DNA of 63,920 bases from a virus (taxonomy: Duplodnaviria > Caudoviricetes). Below are positions 1-12,459 of the stretch, one piece after another. Location: IMG/VR virus record IMGVR_UViG_3300044464_000029, positions 1-63,920 of that record; one strand, written 5' to 3'. The notes below the pieces were generated by a model. That model saw only the letters and a program-made list of their open reading frames with translations. It did not search any database and was not told the DNA's origin. Numbering within the stretch: the first letter of the stretch is position 1; the number at the start of each line of letters is the position of its first letter. Position numbers and translations under genes: made by a program.

Positions 1-183
1 AGAGCTCGGTATATTGGTACTAACTAAAATCAATCTAAACAAAAACATTATTGGTACACTATGCCAATAACCAATAGTTGGCAAGTCATGAAGCCAATTT
101 GCATGTATAATTCCAACCATAAGCATGAAAATCCAGCCATAAAGCATAGAAAAAACCAATGCTAATGACCAAGATAGTGCCAT
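1..183 (-). CDS. Small hydrophobic (membrane) protein running off the window start
   Basis: ATG at 183, open to base 1; continues GAT TCA TCT TAG across the 63920/1 join if the window is circular. Confidence 0.45.
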   Translation of the reverse strand, partial: MALSWSLALVFSMLYGWIFMLMVGIIHANWLHDLPTIGYWHSVPIMFLFRLILVSTNIPSS

Positions 184-1113
184 TGCAAACAATAATAAAT
201 TCAGTTTTGCCTTGAAATCATTCATTCGTAGTTGTTTCCAATCCATTCATTATCTTCGAGATCAATGTGCGGCATTGGGTGGTTCATTTCACTAACACAG
301 TAATTGCCAGTTAAACGTGGATGTTCCATTCCGCACTCTGGTTCTGCGTCGTCGAGTAGTACCTGTGGGGTTTTTTGAGTTAGCATTTCAACCTTTGTTA
401 GGTGGTTAGGTCGATACCAATCAGGACAGTTACGCTTATGAAGTATGTATCCGTTCTTCGCCTTCGAATGGCAAATCAGGCACTTCATTCCACAACTTCC
501 TAACTTCTTCTCGACGGAGACTGAGCTTTTCAGCGACTTCGACAATTCGCTGTTGTGCCAACAGATTTTGATCTAGCTCAAATCGTCTACGTGCCGCCTT
601 TATGTATAACTTAACAAATTGTTCCATACCTAGCGTCATTTGAACACCTTAAGAAATAGTAGATAACCAATCAAAAGTGCTACTGGCCATGCCATAGTTT
701 CAATGATATCCATTTTTATCCTTTGTTAGTTGAGCAACACACCACAGGAACGAGTCCTGTAGCATGCAATTCAACTAAACCTCCAAAATACTAGGATTAT
801 AGTAATCCAAGTCAGTATACCGACACAAAGTGCCCAAAGCCATTTTTCTTTAGAAGCTGTTGGACGACCTATCAATGATAAAGCCATCAAAAATATAAGG
901 GTGAAAGTAAATATGATGTTGAATTTGATAGCATTATTCATAATCATGAATGGTAAGCAGCTTCGTCATCTATGTCATCAATAACTTTTAGCACATCAAG
1001 CACGGGTACATCGAGCAATGCTGCCATATAGGCAATCAAGCGTTCTAGCTCTCGATCTACAAATTTCATGTGTCCTTCGTACATTTCTTTAATCATGTGC
1101 TTTTTAACATCGT

Positions 1114-1872
1114 TCATCCGATTGCCCTACGTCCGCCACCTAGTCCAGTCTGACCAATGTTGGCACTACGTCCGGCAGACTGTCCAGCACCGTAAGCCGT
1201 ACCACTAGAAGCACGAGCATTCATATCAATGCGCCGGGTATGCGGATGATCGACATTAAACGCAGCCATGACGGCTACTTCTCGTGTCTTCAATACAAGC
1301 TCCATGCCACTACCTGTGTGGCTCTCACTGACATCGGACTTCGCTTTGCTATATGCTTTAATAACCCGATCAACTACAGTATCAACATAGCCAACTACAA
1401 ATGAACTATTGAAGGTTTTACCATGCATATGGGCAGGCTTATCCGCAGTAACCAGCGAAGTTGCCATCTGAATGTTCAAAGAACCATACAACATGAGAAT
1501 TTTCTCAATGTCACTTGGATAACCATAGATCTGCATGATGGTCTTAGGATCTGGCTCACGCTGTATACCATTGCGACGGCCAGGCTTCCTTTGCGACATA
1601 CCCATCATAATACCATGAGCACCAAACGTCTTAACAATTCCCCATAGAAGTGTGACCTTGGAATTAATGTACGGTGTCCCAATGGTGAATCTAACTGAAG
1701 TGACTACTTCAGGCTCCGCCTGTCCGGCATTCAGCATAGCTTGTTCAATGCCATGCTTGGCCATCAACGTAGTCATCATTTCTACAATGGAGTTACGCTC
1801 TTCCATCGTAGTAGCAGAGTTTTCAGCCTTTGCCATCATTTTTTGTAGAATTGTCAACCATTTATCGTCCAT
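1114..1872 (-). CDS. DUF2786-domain protein
   Basis: N-terminal KMMAKAE...EERNS...LMAKHGI pattern and C-terminal AYGAGQSAGRSANIG typical of the family; RBS GGAGG. Confidence 0.7.
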   Translation of the reverse strand: MDDKWLTILQKMMAKAENSATTMEERNSIVEMMTTLMAKHGIEQAMLNAGQAEPEVVTSVRFTIGTPYINSKVTLLWGIVKTFGAHGIMMGMSQRKPGRRNGIQREPDPKTIMQIYGYPSDIEKILMLYGSLNIQMATSLVTADKPAHMHGKTFNSSFVVGYVDTVVDRVIKAYSKAKSDVSESHTGSGMELVLKTREVAVMAAFNVDHPHTRRIDMNARASSGTAYGAGQSAGRSANIGQTGLGGGRRAIG

Positions 1873-4095
1873 TTATTTCCTCCATTTTATAGTTGTATAA
1901 CAATGTACTGGTGCTAGACCAGTACAAAGCAATGCAACTACTTGTTACGATTTTCTATCCAGCGAAGATAGCTCAACTTTTTAAAAATATATGGAGTAAT
2001 CAACGGCGAAAATATACGCCAATTGTATTCGTATTTTTCTGGATCTTCCTTGTAAAGAATAGCCCAAGCAATAAAGCCGAGAACTTGATCAAAAGCAAGA
2101 ATCCAAATGATTAACAAGATTACATCATCGCTCATGCTCGAATAGCTCTCTGGTAATAGAACCGATAAATCAGCATGATCGTACGTACGATAACCAGTAG
2201 TTGTAAGGCAAACATCCATACAAGCAAGAATGCCACATGTGGATGCATTACCGCTCGATTCGCTGACCAAAAGTTGGCGAACCAGGCCGCATATCCTTGA
2301 TGTGCGTGTACAAACTAGCAGGCGATAGCTTAGCCGAGGTAATACTACCCTTGGTCATGCCCTCATACGCACGAGTCTTCTTCTTCTGTGACTTTTTCTG
2401 CTTGGTACCGAACTTCCGACTCATTATTTATTCCAATCCTTCTGTTGTTTTATATGTGTGCCACGAGATCGTAAAAGCATTTCTAGGTTATCGCAACGCA
2501 ATTCCGCTGCTATTTGCAACTTACTTCTAGTTTCGGCATCTACGGCTACCTTCGCGCTGCCATCATTGGCACAAGAAGCGCAAGTTTCCGGTAGATGTCC
2601 ACGTCGAGAGGGAATTGCTTTCATTTCTTGACAATGTTTACAGAAAAAGAACGACATTTTCTCTTCTGTTACAAAAACTTCCATTTTAGTTTTCTCCTTT
2701 ATGTTTGAATAAATAGCACGCCTCCGGTAGGAAACACCCCACAGGAAGCATACTAGCTATTCAATTACGCAGTTGAAACTCAAAGAGGCAAGTACGCCAG
2801 TTGTCGTCATATCCACCGAAGTCTCGGCTTGGTGATAGTCGAGCCTGAATGACATCACGATCCCAGGGAGAATTACGCAATTCCCAAACTCCCATGGCAA
2901 GTGTACCATTCTTCAAATAGTCTTGCAATGCCTCTTCCAAGAATCTCTTACCAACTTTTCTAACTACTGCCCCCGTGCTTCTACTAACTGCAACGTACGT
3001 TTCCATTTTATTCCCCTATTTTCAATATTTTTAGGCGTCTTCTGTAAGAGCCATCAAAAGCTGGTAACCGTTCAGTTACAATTTTAGCCGTGAAACGTTG
3101 TCCAAACATTAATATAGCTGCACTATCCATTAATTCAGTCAATCTGAACCGATCTACCATACCGCCAAGAATAAGTTCTAGACTCTTTTTGTAGTGTACT
3201 GGGTTCATGTCAGAAATAATATGATAATATTCTGCATATTTGTATGGTCCATCATCTAAGACGATCAAAGTTAATGCGATATAGTATCTTTCTGTACTTC
3301 TGAATCTTTTTATTTCACTTTTGCTTACTTCGAATTGATATTTTCCGTCTGGTATGTACATTTTCACATCCCTTTTAGTAGTACAACACCACACAGATAC
3401 TAGATCTGTATGATGCAATTCTACTAAAGCGGTGGTTCTTCCCATTGTGGTACTACGTTATGTACAGTAGAACCAGGATCATTCAAATCGTCTAATTCAT
3501 CATTGATGTACTTGTCTATTTGCGAATCTTTGTAACGTTCACAAGCACTCATGTATGCGTCGAATCGATGTAGAAGATTCAAACAGCCATTATAAAAATC
3601 ATTGTCTGTCGTATTGCTACCAGGTCCATTTTCGCTAGAGAATTTCCGCAACAATACACGAAACTCAGTTGGAGTGAGCATCATTGCGTCTGAATGGAAC
3701 ATGATTTCAGTCATTTTTAGGTAAGATCTCCCAATCTAGTTTGATTACTAGTCTACGCTTAACGATCGTGTCAACTGATTTACCAGCTATTCCATCTATC
3801 CAGGCAATAGGACAAGTAGGATCTGCTCGATAGGAATTACGGTGCATATTTTCTTTCTTTGACCAGTGTTCCGCTGCATGCTGTGTTTCAAAATCTCGGA
3901 TCGGACTGTTAAAAATCCAAGCATCTTTTTCACTTATTTCTGCGAGGATATCGTCTTCATTCCACACCGAGTATTCATATTCAACTTTTGCATCTGGCAT
4001 ATTAAATCCTTGTCCGTTTTGTTATGATTGTACCGATGAAGACACAAATGTCCAATTCATGTCATCATAGCTGCAATCACTGGCTGTCTACAAAA

Positions 4096-4124
4096 ATCAT
4101 AGCGCACTTAAACACGTTCCGCAA
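4096..4124 (-). promoter_or_regulatory. Housekeeping-sigma promoter
   Basis: TTGCGG-17 bp-TATGAT on minus strand with upstream A/T tract. Confidence 0.6.
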
Positions 4125-7100
4125 GATACTCAAAAATTTATTTCTCCGTACAGTCACTGAGACTCCACCCTGCCCAAAGCCTTTTCTCGCGTCAGCGACC
4201 CGTACAGCAGGCGGCAAGCCCTATCCTGTGGGGTTCCACCAGCTACACCGTCAAGATCAACGATCTTGTTAACAGAACCCCACAGGTATGAACTAAGCCT
4301 TATTACCTGTTACATACTCAAAATGATTGCAAGCAAAGACATAACACTGAGTCCAGGTACATCCTCTATCTTGGGCGCTCTGTGCTGCATTCATAACTGT
4401 CTTGGTTAGTTCACTGAATTTGTAACCAAATGAAAGAGGTGTCTTACCTTCAATTTCTAGTAGTTGGTCAATAGTCCAACCAAGCTTTTCTAACACCCTG
4501 CCAATGAGACAGCTAGCACAACCATTATCTACATAGTAACACTTTGGCCACGAACGTTCGCCGTGTGCTATTCTTTGATAGGTAAAGTCACTACCTGCTT
4601 CATCAACAACTTCACGCATAATCCCTAAAACGTGCTTACACTCTTCAATAGTTTCATCACTAAACTTTGCCATTTTTTCTCCTACCTGTTACTTACTTTT
4701 TCAACGACTTCTTGGTCCCATTCTTCGTCAAGACCACCTACGCGAACAATAAGTCTACCGCGTGTTAGGATCTCTTGTACCTTGCCCCATGTCTTACCAG
4801 ACTTGACCATTGATCCTACATAGATCCTGTCCATTTTGCTCCTTATTAATAGTACATTACCACACTGGTGTCTAAACCAGCATGATAAAACACTATTAAA
4901 GCATAATAAGACTGCGCCACCTAATTTTATTGCACTTGGTGCAAGTCTTTTCTTGGTAGTGACAGATCACGTTCCATACCTTTATTTCGCTCCATTTTGT
5001 GTAATTATGCCAACAGAACATTAATATGTCCTCCGTGTCTTGACTTTACCACACTTAATACATTCTTTCTTTTGATAAAGATAAACTATGCTTAAGTCAG
5101 CAACAGGATCAAACCACTCTGTGTATTTATGCCAGCAAAACATTAATGCCTCCAATCACGATATCTACGAAAGAACAACCATAACACCCAATTTGGCGTC
5201 GAAATTATTATTCCATTGATTTTCTTCCAACTAATTTCGTCTTTCAATACTGCATGACCATTCTCTTCTGCGTATGACCAATGCAATCCGCGACTTATCA
5301 AATTCCAACGTGTTCGATGGAAATAATAGAATTTTTTAAGCAACGTAGTTTCCATTCTTGTCTACGTTCGCGAGCCGATGTCCGTCGACAAAGAATACGT
5401 AGTGTGTAAATGCTCTGTTCGTTTGGGTCTTGCGATCAACATTTTGTGCATTTACATTCTGGTAATAAACTTTTGGAACACCATTTGTATTCCATTCCAG
5501 TACAATGACCGCAGTATAGACATCCATTCGTTTGTGTTGACCATGCAGCGGTCCACCGGAAAAACGCATTGTTGAATAGGCAGGACCGCAATTTTTGATG
5601 TGTCTGGCTTCTGACTGTGACTCAATATAATCACCACAATCACAATTTTCCATACCATATTTACAGGACATTTACCACTCCAATATAGTTAGTTGTACAA
5701 CACAACGCAGGTGCTAGACCCACATCATGCAATGCAACTAAGTCCATTGCTTTGGATATGCTCCACCATTAATCAAATTTTCATCTAGTTGGTCAACCTT
5801 GCTACATAGTTCATAAGCGGCATTGTGCCATTCACTATCACTGTTAGTATTCTTCATTACTCCCAGAAGCTGCCTGATCTCTTCGAGCGTTTCTGTTGAA
5901 TTGAACTCAGCCATATTCTATATTCTTCCTCAGCTCTATAATGTTTCTGCCATAAATCCTTTATACCACTCATAGTGGTCATACCACAAGTACACAAATG
6001 CATAGTAACTCGGCCGAATAAGCCTACCTTTTTGACTGACACGAAATGTTCGTAAGCGGCCGTGTGCCACTCGTCTGGAATAAAACCCAAAAGCCTTACT
6101 CCTATCTATTAGATATCCAACACAACACAGGCATTGCTATCCTGTATCATGCAAAACATCTAAGCTAATCTCAACGCTTCCTGCTGGCCGTACACAGCAA
6201 GCGTGACATGCCAGCGATCATTCTCATGACGCCAACCTTCACTCCAACTGTCTTTGACATCATCACAGTATTGGATGAAGTCATTCAAAAATCGATGTGC
6301 ATGTCCATTCTTTAGTTCTACTTCAGTAAAGGTGAACTTAGCAATTACCTTTTCCATCACGGTACCGGATCATTCTTCGGCCATTCTCCGCTGGCTTGTA
6401 GCCGTTCTTTTTCTGCACGTCGTTCTACAGCTTCATTTTGTAGCTTCTGATTGCGCAAGAATTTTTCTTGTGCTTCATTAAGCTCTCGCTGTGAACGTTG
6501 TTCGTCTGTCTCATCAGCCACGATCAATTACCTCTGCATTTCTGCGGTTGCATTCTTCAGAAGCTTCTTCGTAAGTGTCAAAATCCACAAACACATAGGC
6601 AGTACCCTCTTCTATGTGTTTAGCCCACTCACTGAACAATGCTACACGGTACTTATCTGTTGGATTCGAAATGCTATTTTGAAAAAGAATCACATACGCA
6701 TCTGCTACTCCGTATGTGATTCTAGCCATTGGTATCTCCAACGTAAACATCTTGGGAGGTAACTGTTTCACTGAAGTCGACTTCTTCATATTCCATCGCT
6801 TCAGTAAAGAGATCCATTCTCTCATCATGACTAAGATCTCCCGTACACTTGATTGCTTCTTCAAGCGTCATATTAGGGTAATGTTCCTGATCGAACGGTA
6901 CCTTAGTAACAAGAGTAGCCGTTCTACGAATAACAATTTCCTTCTTTGTTTCCATTCTTATAACCTCTTCAACTTCGTTGTGATGTTTCCAAGGACAATT
7001 ACACCCACATCGGATGCAATCAGTACAGAAACACACGGGCCAGTCTGCATAATCCATTTTATCTCCTAACTAATAGTACATGACGGCACCCGCAGACACA

Positions 7101-8690
7101 AAGCCCACAGGTGCCATCAAATGCTATTAGTCAATACATCGTACATAGTGGTCGAGCGCCATCAACGCCTTGATATTATCAAAAACCAGGCAAGATGAAT
7201 GTCCTAGTTGGTCAATAATTTCAAAGCGAATGGCAGCCAAGAAATCATCTTTATCGAGGATAGTACCAGTACTAGCAAAGGCAGCGAATTGTATTCCTCG
7301 TACGCCACCATCAGCCCACCAAGATGCAATTTCCCGAGCTACTTCGGTGTGAATAATTTCCGTGAAGTATGGCCGCTTTATCCAGTGATCAACTTGCCTA
7401 ACAATGAACTCAGACGTATTGTCCATTGGACAAGGCTGCATATACTCTGGTGGTTTGTGATTCCCAGTACCACGCATTAGTTTCGACCTTTCCAGTTGAT
7501 AAAGAAGCTAGCAAACAACGCTCCGACGATAGCCATCAAAGCCAACATCGGACAGGCTATTGTCCAAAACTTATCCATTTTACTCCTCCTTATTAGTCGT
7601 ACATGAATGCGCTAGTTTACACTAGCACAAACAAATGCGGCTAATAATCAGACAATGCTACAATTTGCTTAAATGTATTCTCTGCCAACTTGTACACATC
7701 CCATGGCTTTCCATGAAAGGTATCAAATTCCACTTGCATCAAGGCCGCTTCAATGATCCTAGCAGCATCGCTTTCATCTACTCTAATAGTAATGCTCTTT
7801 GCCATTTTATTCCTCCATTATTAGTTATGCATGACGCTTCCCGAAGAACCCCACAGGAAGCATCAAACGCAACTACTCCGGCTGCACTAATACTTGTTTG
7901 ACCAAGTCTTGCGATGCTGTCTCATGTATGCCCTGCATCCACTGCATGACGTCGGGCCAGGATAGCCCCCGTTCCAGCCCGCTAGTACCATTACGCCAAA
8001 GTATTACCAGTGTGAATTTACCCACCGATTCCCTCCAATTGTTTCAATTCTTTAGGACTCTAATGTAATATCATCCACTGGGAACAGTTAGCAATGTAAT
8101 GAATCTCTGCTACACGCATGAGATCGCTAACACGTCCAGTTGTGATATTCAATTCGTAGTACGACAACGCAAAATCAAATTCTCTTTTGTAAATTACGTA
8201 ACCATTAGGCATTCTAGAAGTATAAGACTTCTTTCCGCCCAAAGGCTGGTAAGCGAACCATTCAATACCGTTGTCTATCACTTTGTCATCCTTTGGTCGA
8301 ACAACACGACACAGGATTGATCCTGTATCATGCAGAACGGCCAACTTTATTCTTGGTAGCTGTGTCCTTCAATCTTACCATGCCCACAACGGATGGCAGC
8401 AGAACCACCAGGACAATTGTACGGCACTTCGATGTTCATTACTACCATAATAAATTGATGTGCGTTCACTTGGCTATGTGCGGAACATCGAACTTCTTTA
8501 GTTCCGCCACTACACCACTTAGTTACTGTTTCTGCCATTACTACTAAACTCTCTTCCACTTAGTCAGTACAATACCGAGGGCAACCAACAGTCCACCGGT
8601 AACTACTGCACCAAGGTACAAAATTGCAGCTTCCATTTTATTTTCACCTTCTTACTTTAACTGTCAAAAACTTGACACAATTAGGTAAGC

Positions 8691-8730
8691 AAAAAGCCCA
8701 CAGGCAGGGTTCTTACCTATCCTATGAGCT
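8691..8730 (-). terminator. Intrinsic terminator after 8729-9100
   Basis: Stem GCUCAUAGG...CCUGUGGGC followed by UUUUU on minus strand. Confidence 0.65.
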
Positions 8731-9100
8731 AGATCCAACTACTTGGGTTGTCATTACTACCCGAACCGGACCACCATGAACCATGCCCTTGTCCGGTGTG
8801 ACCACTTACTTTCCTTGCTACGTCTTCGATTTTCTTCCGCATACTAGAACTGACCTTACCGCTTTTTGCCAATTTAGCTAATTCATCTGCCGCGTGCCTG
8901 CGTGCGTCGACAGCATACTGCGCTGCCCTTTTGGCACTGGTATTGCCCTTGGCGACTGAATTAGCTGCCCTGGCAACGGCAGTTTGATAGTCATTTAGTA
9001 GACTTTTGGCTATTGCCTTTGCTTTGTCATCATTGGATGCCAACTTAATTACCTTTCGTTGTTCTTTTTCTTTGTTGCTGAGTGGGCCAGGACAGCTCAC
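8729..9100 (-). CDS. Hypothetical basic, Ala/Lys-rich protein
   Basis: 123-aa ORF followed by terminator. Confidence 0.6.
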   Translation of the reverse strand: MSCPGPLSNKEKEQRKVIKLASNDDKAKAIAKSLLNDYQTAVARAANSVAKGNTSAKRAAQYAVDARRHAADELAKLAKSGKVSSSMRKKIEDVARKVSGHTGQGHGSWWSGSGSNDNPSSWI

Positions 9101-9154
9101 GCCATCCTGGCCCGCGATTTTGATTTGAGTCTGTTTCGTCAGACTTACTCTTTA

Positions 9155-9907
9155 CTATTCGTTGTCGTCCGGGATCTCGGTCCCGCCGTCAACCTCGTCG
9201 TCACTGACAACCTTGCCGTTCTTGGAGTTCTTAGCCTTTTCGGCCAGCTTCGCAGCCTTGTCCGTGTTGTAAGTGTCGGTGCCTTCCTGCACTGCCAAGT
9301 CCATTGTAGCTTCGTCAACGCCCTGAGTAGCAAGCATTGCCCGCTTCTTCTCAATGAGCTTGTCAGCCGCGTCGGACTTCGAAACCCACAGAGCAAGACG
9401 GTCCTTAGCATACAGTGCCTTACCGACTGCAACAGTCAGCAGGTTAAGGTTTTCCTCAGGAGTGCGGTTGCTCGCTCGTGTAGTACCACCACGAGTGGCA
9501 ATGTGCTCCCGACGTACCTTCCACCAGGCAAGGGCTTCATCGCGGAGAATGTAAACCCGCGCTTCGGTATCACCATCGGCCTTGACAAGAATGTGCGGAA
9601 TACGGTTCCTAGTAGCCTTAACGGTCTGGTAGACCGCCTGTGGCACTGTGTACTCAGAACCATCTAGGTCTTCCCCAGCGGCAATCTTCTCCCGCATGAG
9701 GTGCTGAGTAACATACGCGGCGAAATCAGTTACACTAAGTGCACCATCCGGCACACTAGATACTGTCTCGACGGGTACTTCTACTTCAGCTTCGACTGTC
9801 TGCTCCGCACTTTCACTTACAACATTGTCCGTGTTCTGCTCGCTGCTGTCTGTAGCTACAGCCTCTGGCGCATCGGCAATGTCGTCGAAAATGTCAACGT
9901 CACTCAT
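9155..9907 (-). CDS. Protein with acidic termini and a putative Xis/MerR-like winged HTH
   Basis: LSVTDFAAY...PQAVYQTVK...RIPH...RVYILRDEALAWW resembles excisionase-type wHTH; GC-richer codons than neighbours; directly downstream of a strong promoter. Confidence 0.5.
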   Translation of the reverse strand: MSDVDIFDDIADAPEAVATDSSEQNTDNVVSESAEQTVEAEVEVPVETVSSVPDGALSVTDFAAYVTQHLMREKIAAGEDLDGSEYTVPQAVYQTVKATRNRIPHILVKADGDTEARVYILRDEALAWWKVRREHIATRGGTTRASNRTPEENLNLLTVAVGKALYAKDRLALWVSKSDAADKLIEKKRAMLATQGVDEATMDLAVQEGTDTYNTDKAAKLAEKAKNSKNGKVVSDDEVDGGTEIPDDNE

Positions 9908-9993
9908 TGAATTGTCAACTTTCTGTTAGTTGTTGTTATTTCTGGTCTTACTTCTGTCTGGCTTTTGCCATCCATTTTTGTTCTTCTTGCTCT

Positions 9994-10022
9994 ACTGTAC
10001 TGCGTAACACTCACAATGTCAA
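9994..10022 (-). promoter_or_regulatory. Housekeeping-sigma promoter for 9155-9907
   Basis: TTGACA-17 bp-TACAGT with upstream A/T tract. Confidence 0.7.
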
Positions 10023-10271
10023 GCACATTTTCCCAGCTTTTAAAAATTTTTAGCTCGCTGGGTGCCTGGGGTAGGTCCCACAGGTGCTTACCTGTGGGTC
10101 TGTCTCGCAGGCATGTGATGTGCTCTCGGTCTTGCTGGTACGGTCCTGCGTCTTCTTTCTTATGACTCAAGTGTACCAGCAAGTCAGTCAACACACAACT
10201 TATAAGCCTAGATCAACTAGGTTTTTCTGGGTTTATTTTTGATCTTGTTTGGATGATGTGAAGATGTTACT

Positions 10272-11168
10272 TCAGAGTAGGTTGCGGTGTTGTAGATCTA
10301 GCAAAATACGCTCCCCGGGCGTTGACACCCGAATGATGTGCTTGGGTCGACCTCTGCCTGTCACATATGCTTTGAGTTCAACCAATCCATACCGAATTAA
10401 ATATCTTAGATCGGTACGGGCTTTTTGTCCGAATGTAGAAGTAGGCACATAAGCTTGGGCGCCTTGTGCACCATTATAGATCTGCGGTTGAAACTCCTGA
10501 TTCGGCGTGGCTACGTTAGCTCTAGTGTCTCTGATAGACACTACACCAATGTATGGCTTTTTGTCCGAATCTTGCTGTTGATTTGAATTTTCTGATTCTT
10601 CCGCATTCTCTGCTTTGTCTGAATTTTCTGAATTTTCTAATTCTAGCAATCTTTGCTGCTGTTGTACGGTTTGTGCTAATCTACCGTTTCGATGGATATC
10701 TTCCGCCTCTGCGGTTCCTCTACTAAGCATTTGAAGCATTTTTAGAGATCTAACTGGAATTGTCGCATTTATTATGATCTCGTCGGCACCTATCCAAGAC
10801 ATTGGTGTATAGGCATAATTTTCACGAAACTCGTTAACTTCCTGAATTATCTCAGAGACGAGTTCTGCCTTAATTCTGCCATCTTGGGTCATGTTGCCGT
10901 ATTCATCCCTCAATTGTGGAGTATAGCCACGTTCAGCGGCATTTTCCGATCTCTCCACAATTGCCCGAATTTGAGGCTGTCCTAAGAAATTGTTGAGACC
11001 TGTGAGTGCGTCCTGATCTCCGGACTCTTTGAGCCTTGTCCTACTTAGTTCGGCTTCTAGCCATATGGCTAGTTCCATGCTCATTTCGCCTAGTTCTAGG
11101 ACGTTTGGATGGTTACCTACTAATTTGTGCGCTATGAATATAGCTTGTCCGAAATTCATTATTGGCAT
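10272..11168 (-). CDS. Protein with C-terminal winged-helix DNA-binding domain
   Basis: RTDLRYLIRYGLVE...GRGRPKHIIRVSTPGERIL matches a wHTH recognition helix plus wing pattern. Confidence 0.55.
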   Translation of the reverse strand: MPIMNFGQAIFIAHKLVGNHPNVLELGEMSMELAIWLEAELSRTRLKESGDQDALTGLNNFLGQPQIRAIVERSENAAERGYTPQLRDEYGNMTQDGRIKAELVSEIIQEVNEFRENYAYTPMSWIGADEIIINATIPVRSLKMLQMLSRGTAEAEDIHRNGRLAQTVQQQQRLLELENSENSDKAENAEESENSNQQQDSDKKPYIGVVSIRDTRANVATPNQEFQPQIYNGAQGAQAYVPTSTFGQKARTDLRYLIRYGLVELKAYVTGRGRPKHIIRVSTPGERILLDLQHRNLL

Positions 11169-12459
11169 TTTTGTTCGTCACTCTCTGTGTTCATGAGGTA
11201 GCACAGGGCTTTAATTCGGTCTTATGCCTCATGCTACCACATGACTACAGGGGCTGTGTCAACGGCTCTCAGAGCAAGATCAAGATGTTAATTATTTTAA
11301 AGTTTCTTGTTCACGACTTTCAGAGCCGTCTTAAAGGCGTAGGAAAGCGGTTTCCTAGAGCAATATTTTGGTCTTAATGTATGTGTTGATCAACACATAT
11401 AACTAATATGGACGTGCTAAAGTTCCTAGATTTTTGTGACGCAATTAGGGTCCCAAGACCAGCGAACTTAAGACGCATGATCGGTAACTCTTGGCACCTA
11501 AATAAGTGTGTCTATCTTAGGACACCCCAATAAATAAGTAATTTTAGTACAATTGTACACGTGAGTTTGAAGGCAAATGCCCGTTTTCGTTCGAACATCT
11601 GTATTAAAACCCGATAATACATATTAGTTGATGTTTCTACTTTAGGGGGGTAGGTTTTTTGGGGGTTGAATACAGGTGGTACCTGTGTGTGAATGTGTGT
11701 GAATGGTTCTGATGTGTAGTTTGGGTGTTATGTCCGATTCCTTGATCATCCGCTGTTGAGAGCCCCGTGCTGGGCTCCAAAGATAGAAATAAGCTTTTAA
11801 GCGTATTAAGGAAAGGTCACCGATTCCCAGCAAAAGGGCCAATTCTTTAGGACCTGATGGGGTATGGTTAAAAATGTCCGAATTGCACCGTACACCGATT
11901 TGATGATCATCGATGTACGATGCTAAATCGTACATTTCACGTGCTATGTGCTATTTATGTCATTTTTATGGTGATTTGGGAATGATTAACCCATGTTGCA
12001 TAGATTGATTGTATCTATTACCAAATGAAGTTGTATCCAGCCAAACGGGTGGATGTAGATGGACCTGTGGCTGAAAGTCTCGCTTCTAGCTCTGGTGAAG
12101 CAATTACGCAGTCTGTGCCCTTACGGTAGATAAGTCCGATTTCGTTCGGTTGCTGCATAGATATCGGCTTTGATCCGTATGTGGTGAATGTGTGCTTTGT
12201 CCGCTTTCCCCGTTGTTTGGTGGTATAGGGCATAGGTACGGTTGGCTCATGTTCGGGCGTTGCCATGCTGTATGCTCCTAATGTCCGTTTTGATGCTGAT
12301 TGTCTTGCTGTTTGTTGATCTTGATGCACTGTGCTTGGTGCTAGCACCCTCCGATGGGTCTTAAGACCCATCTCAGAGGCTCGCTGGCTTGATTTCCTGC
12401 CGTCTCGGTCTCTCTGTATGGGTAATGATGTGGATCTTGTTAGGATTGCTCTCAGCGGG

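Larger units (their letters stand above)
726..8344 (-). repeat. Family of about 50-60 nt imperfect intergenic hairpins: 726-778, 1890-1940, 2706-2763, 3375-3427, 4846-4899, 5689-5741, 6109-6163, 7070-7130, 7591-7646, 7822-7875, 8293-8344 (further copies 12992-13052, 13426-13481, 59393-59444, 60808-60875)
   Basis: Manual pairing gives about 22-27 bp stems on the minus strand with many G-U pairs, compensatory changes and a U.U mismatch at a fixed position; each lies between a stop codon and the next RBS. Confidence 0.85.
222..8559 (-). other. Cluster of about 25 small co-oriented hypothetical early genes (e.g. 2424-2684, 2761-3006, 3424-3714, 3707-4000, 4293-4673, 5336-5671, 5857-6090, 6160-6360, 7127-7477, 8060-8281, 8347-8559)
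   Basis: Tightly packed minus-strand ORFs with GGAG/AAGGA-type RBS, punctuated by conserved hairpins; no families recognised. Confidence 0.7.

Noticed and set aside
726-8344. Hairpins as integron attC sites
   Set aside because: In gene orientation they begin TAGTTG-like and end CAACTA-like, the reverse of RYYYAAC...GTTRRRY; mismatches are symmetric rather than extrahelical bases; no tyrosine recombinase seen.
9059-9667. Long plus-strand ORF and similar antisense ORFs in the track (e.g. 34008-34493, 47682-48107)
   Set aside because: They overlap well-supported genes on the opposite strand and lack an RBS or recognisable motifs.
11590-11606. LexA SOS box
   Set aside because: Only the TCGAAC half matches; the second half-site is absent.
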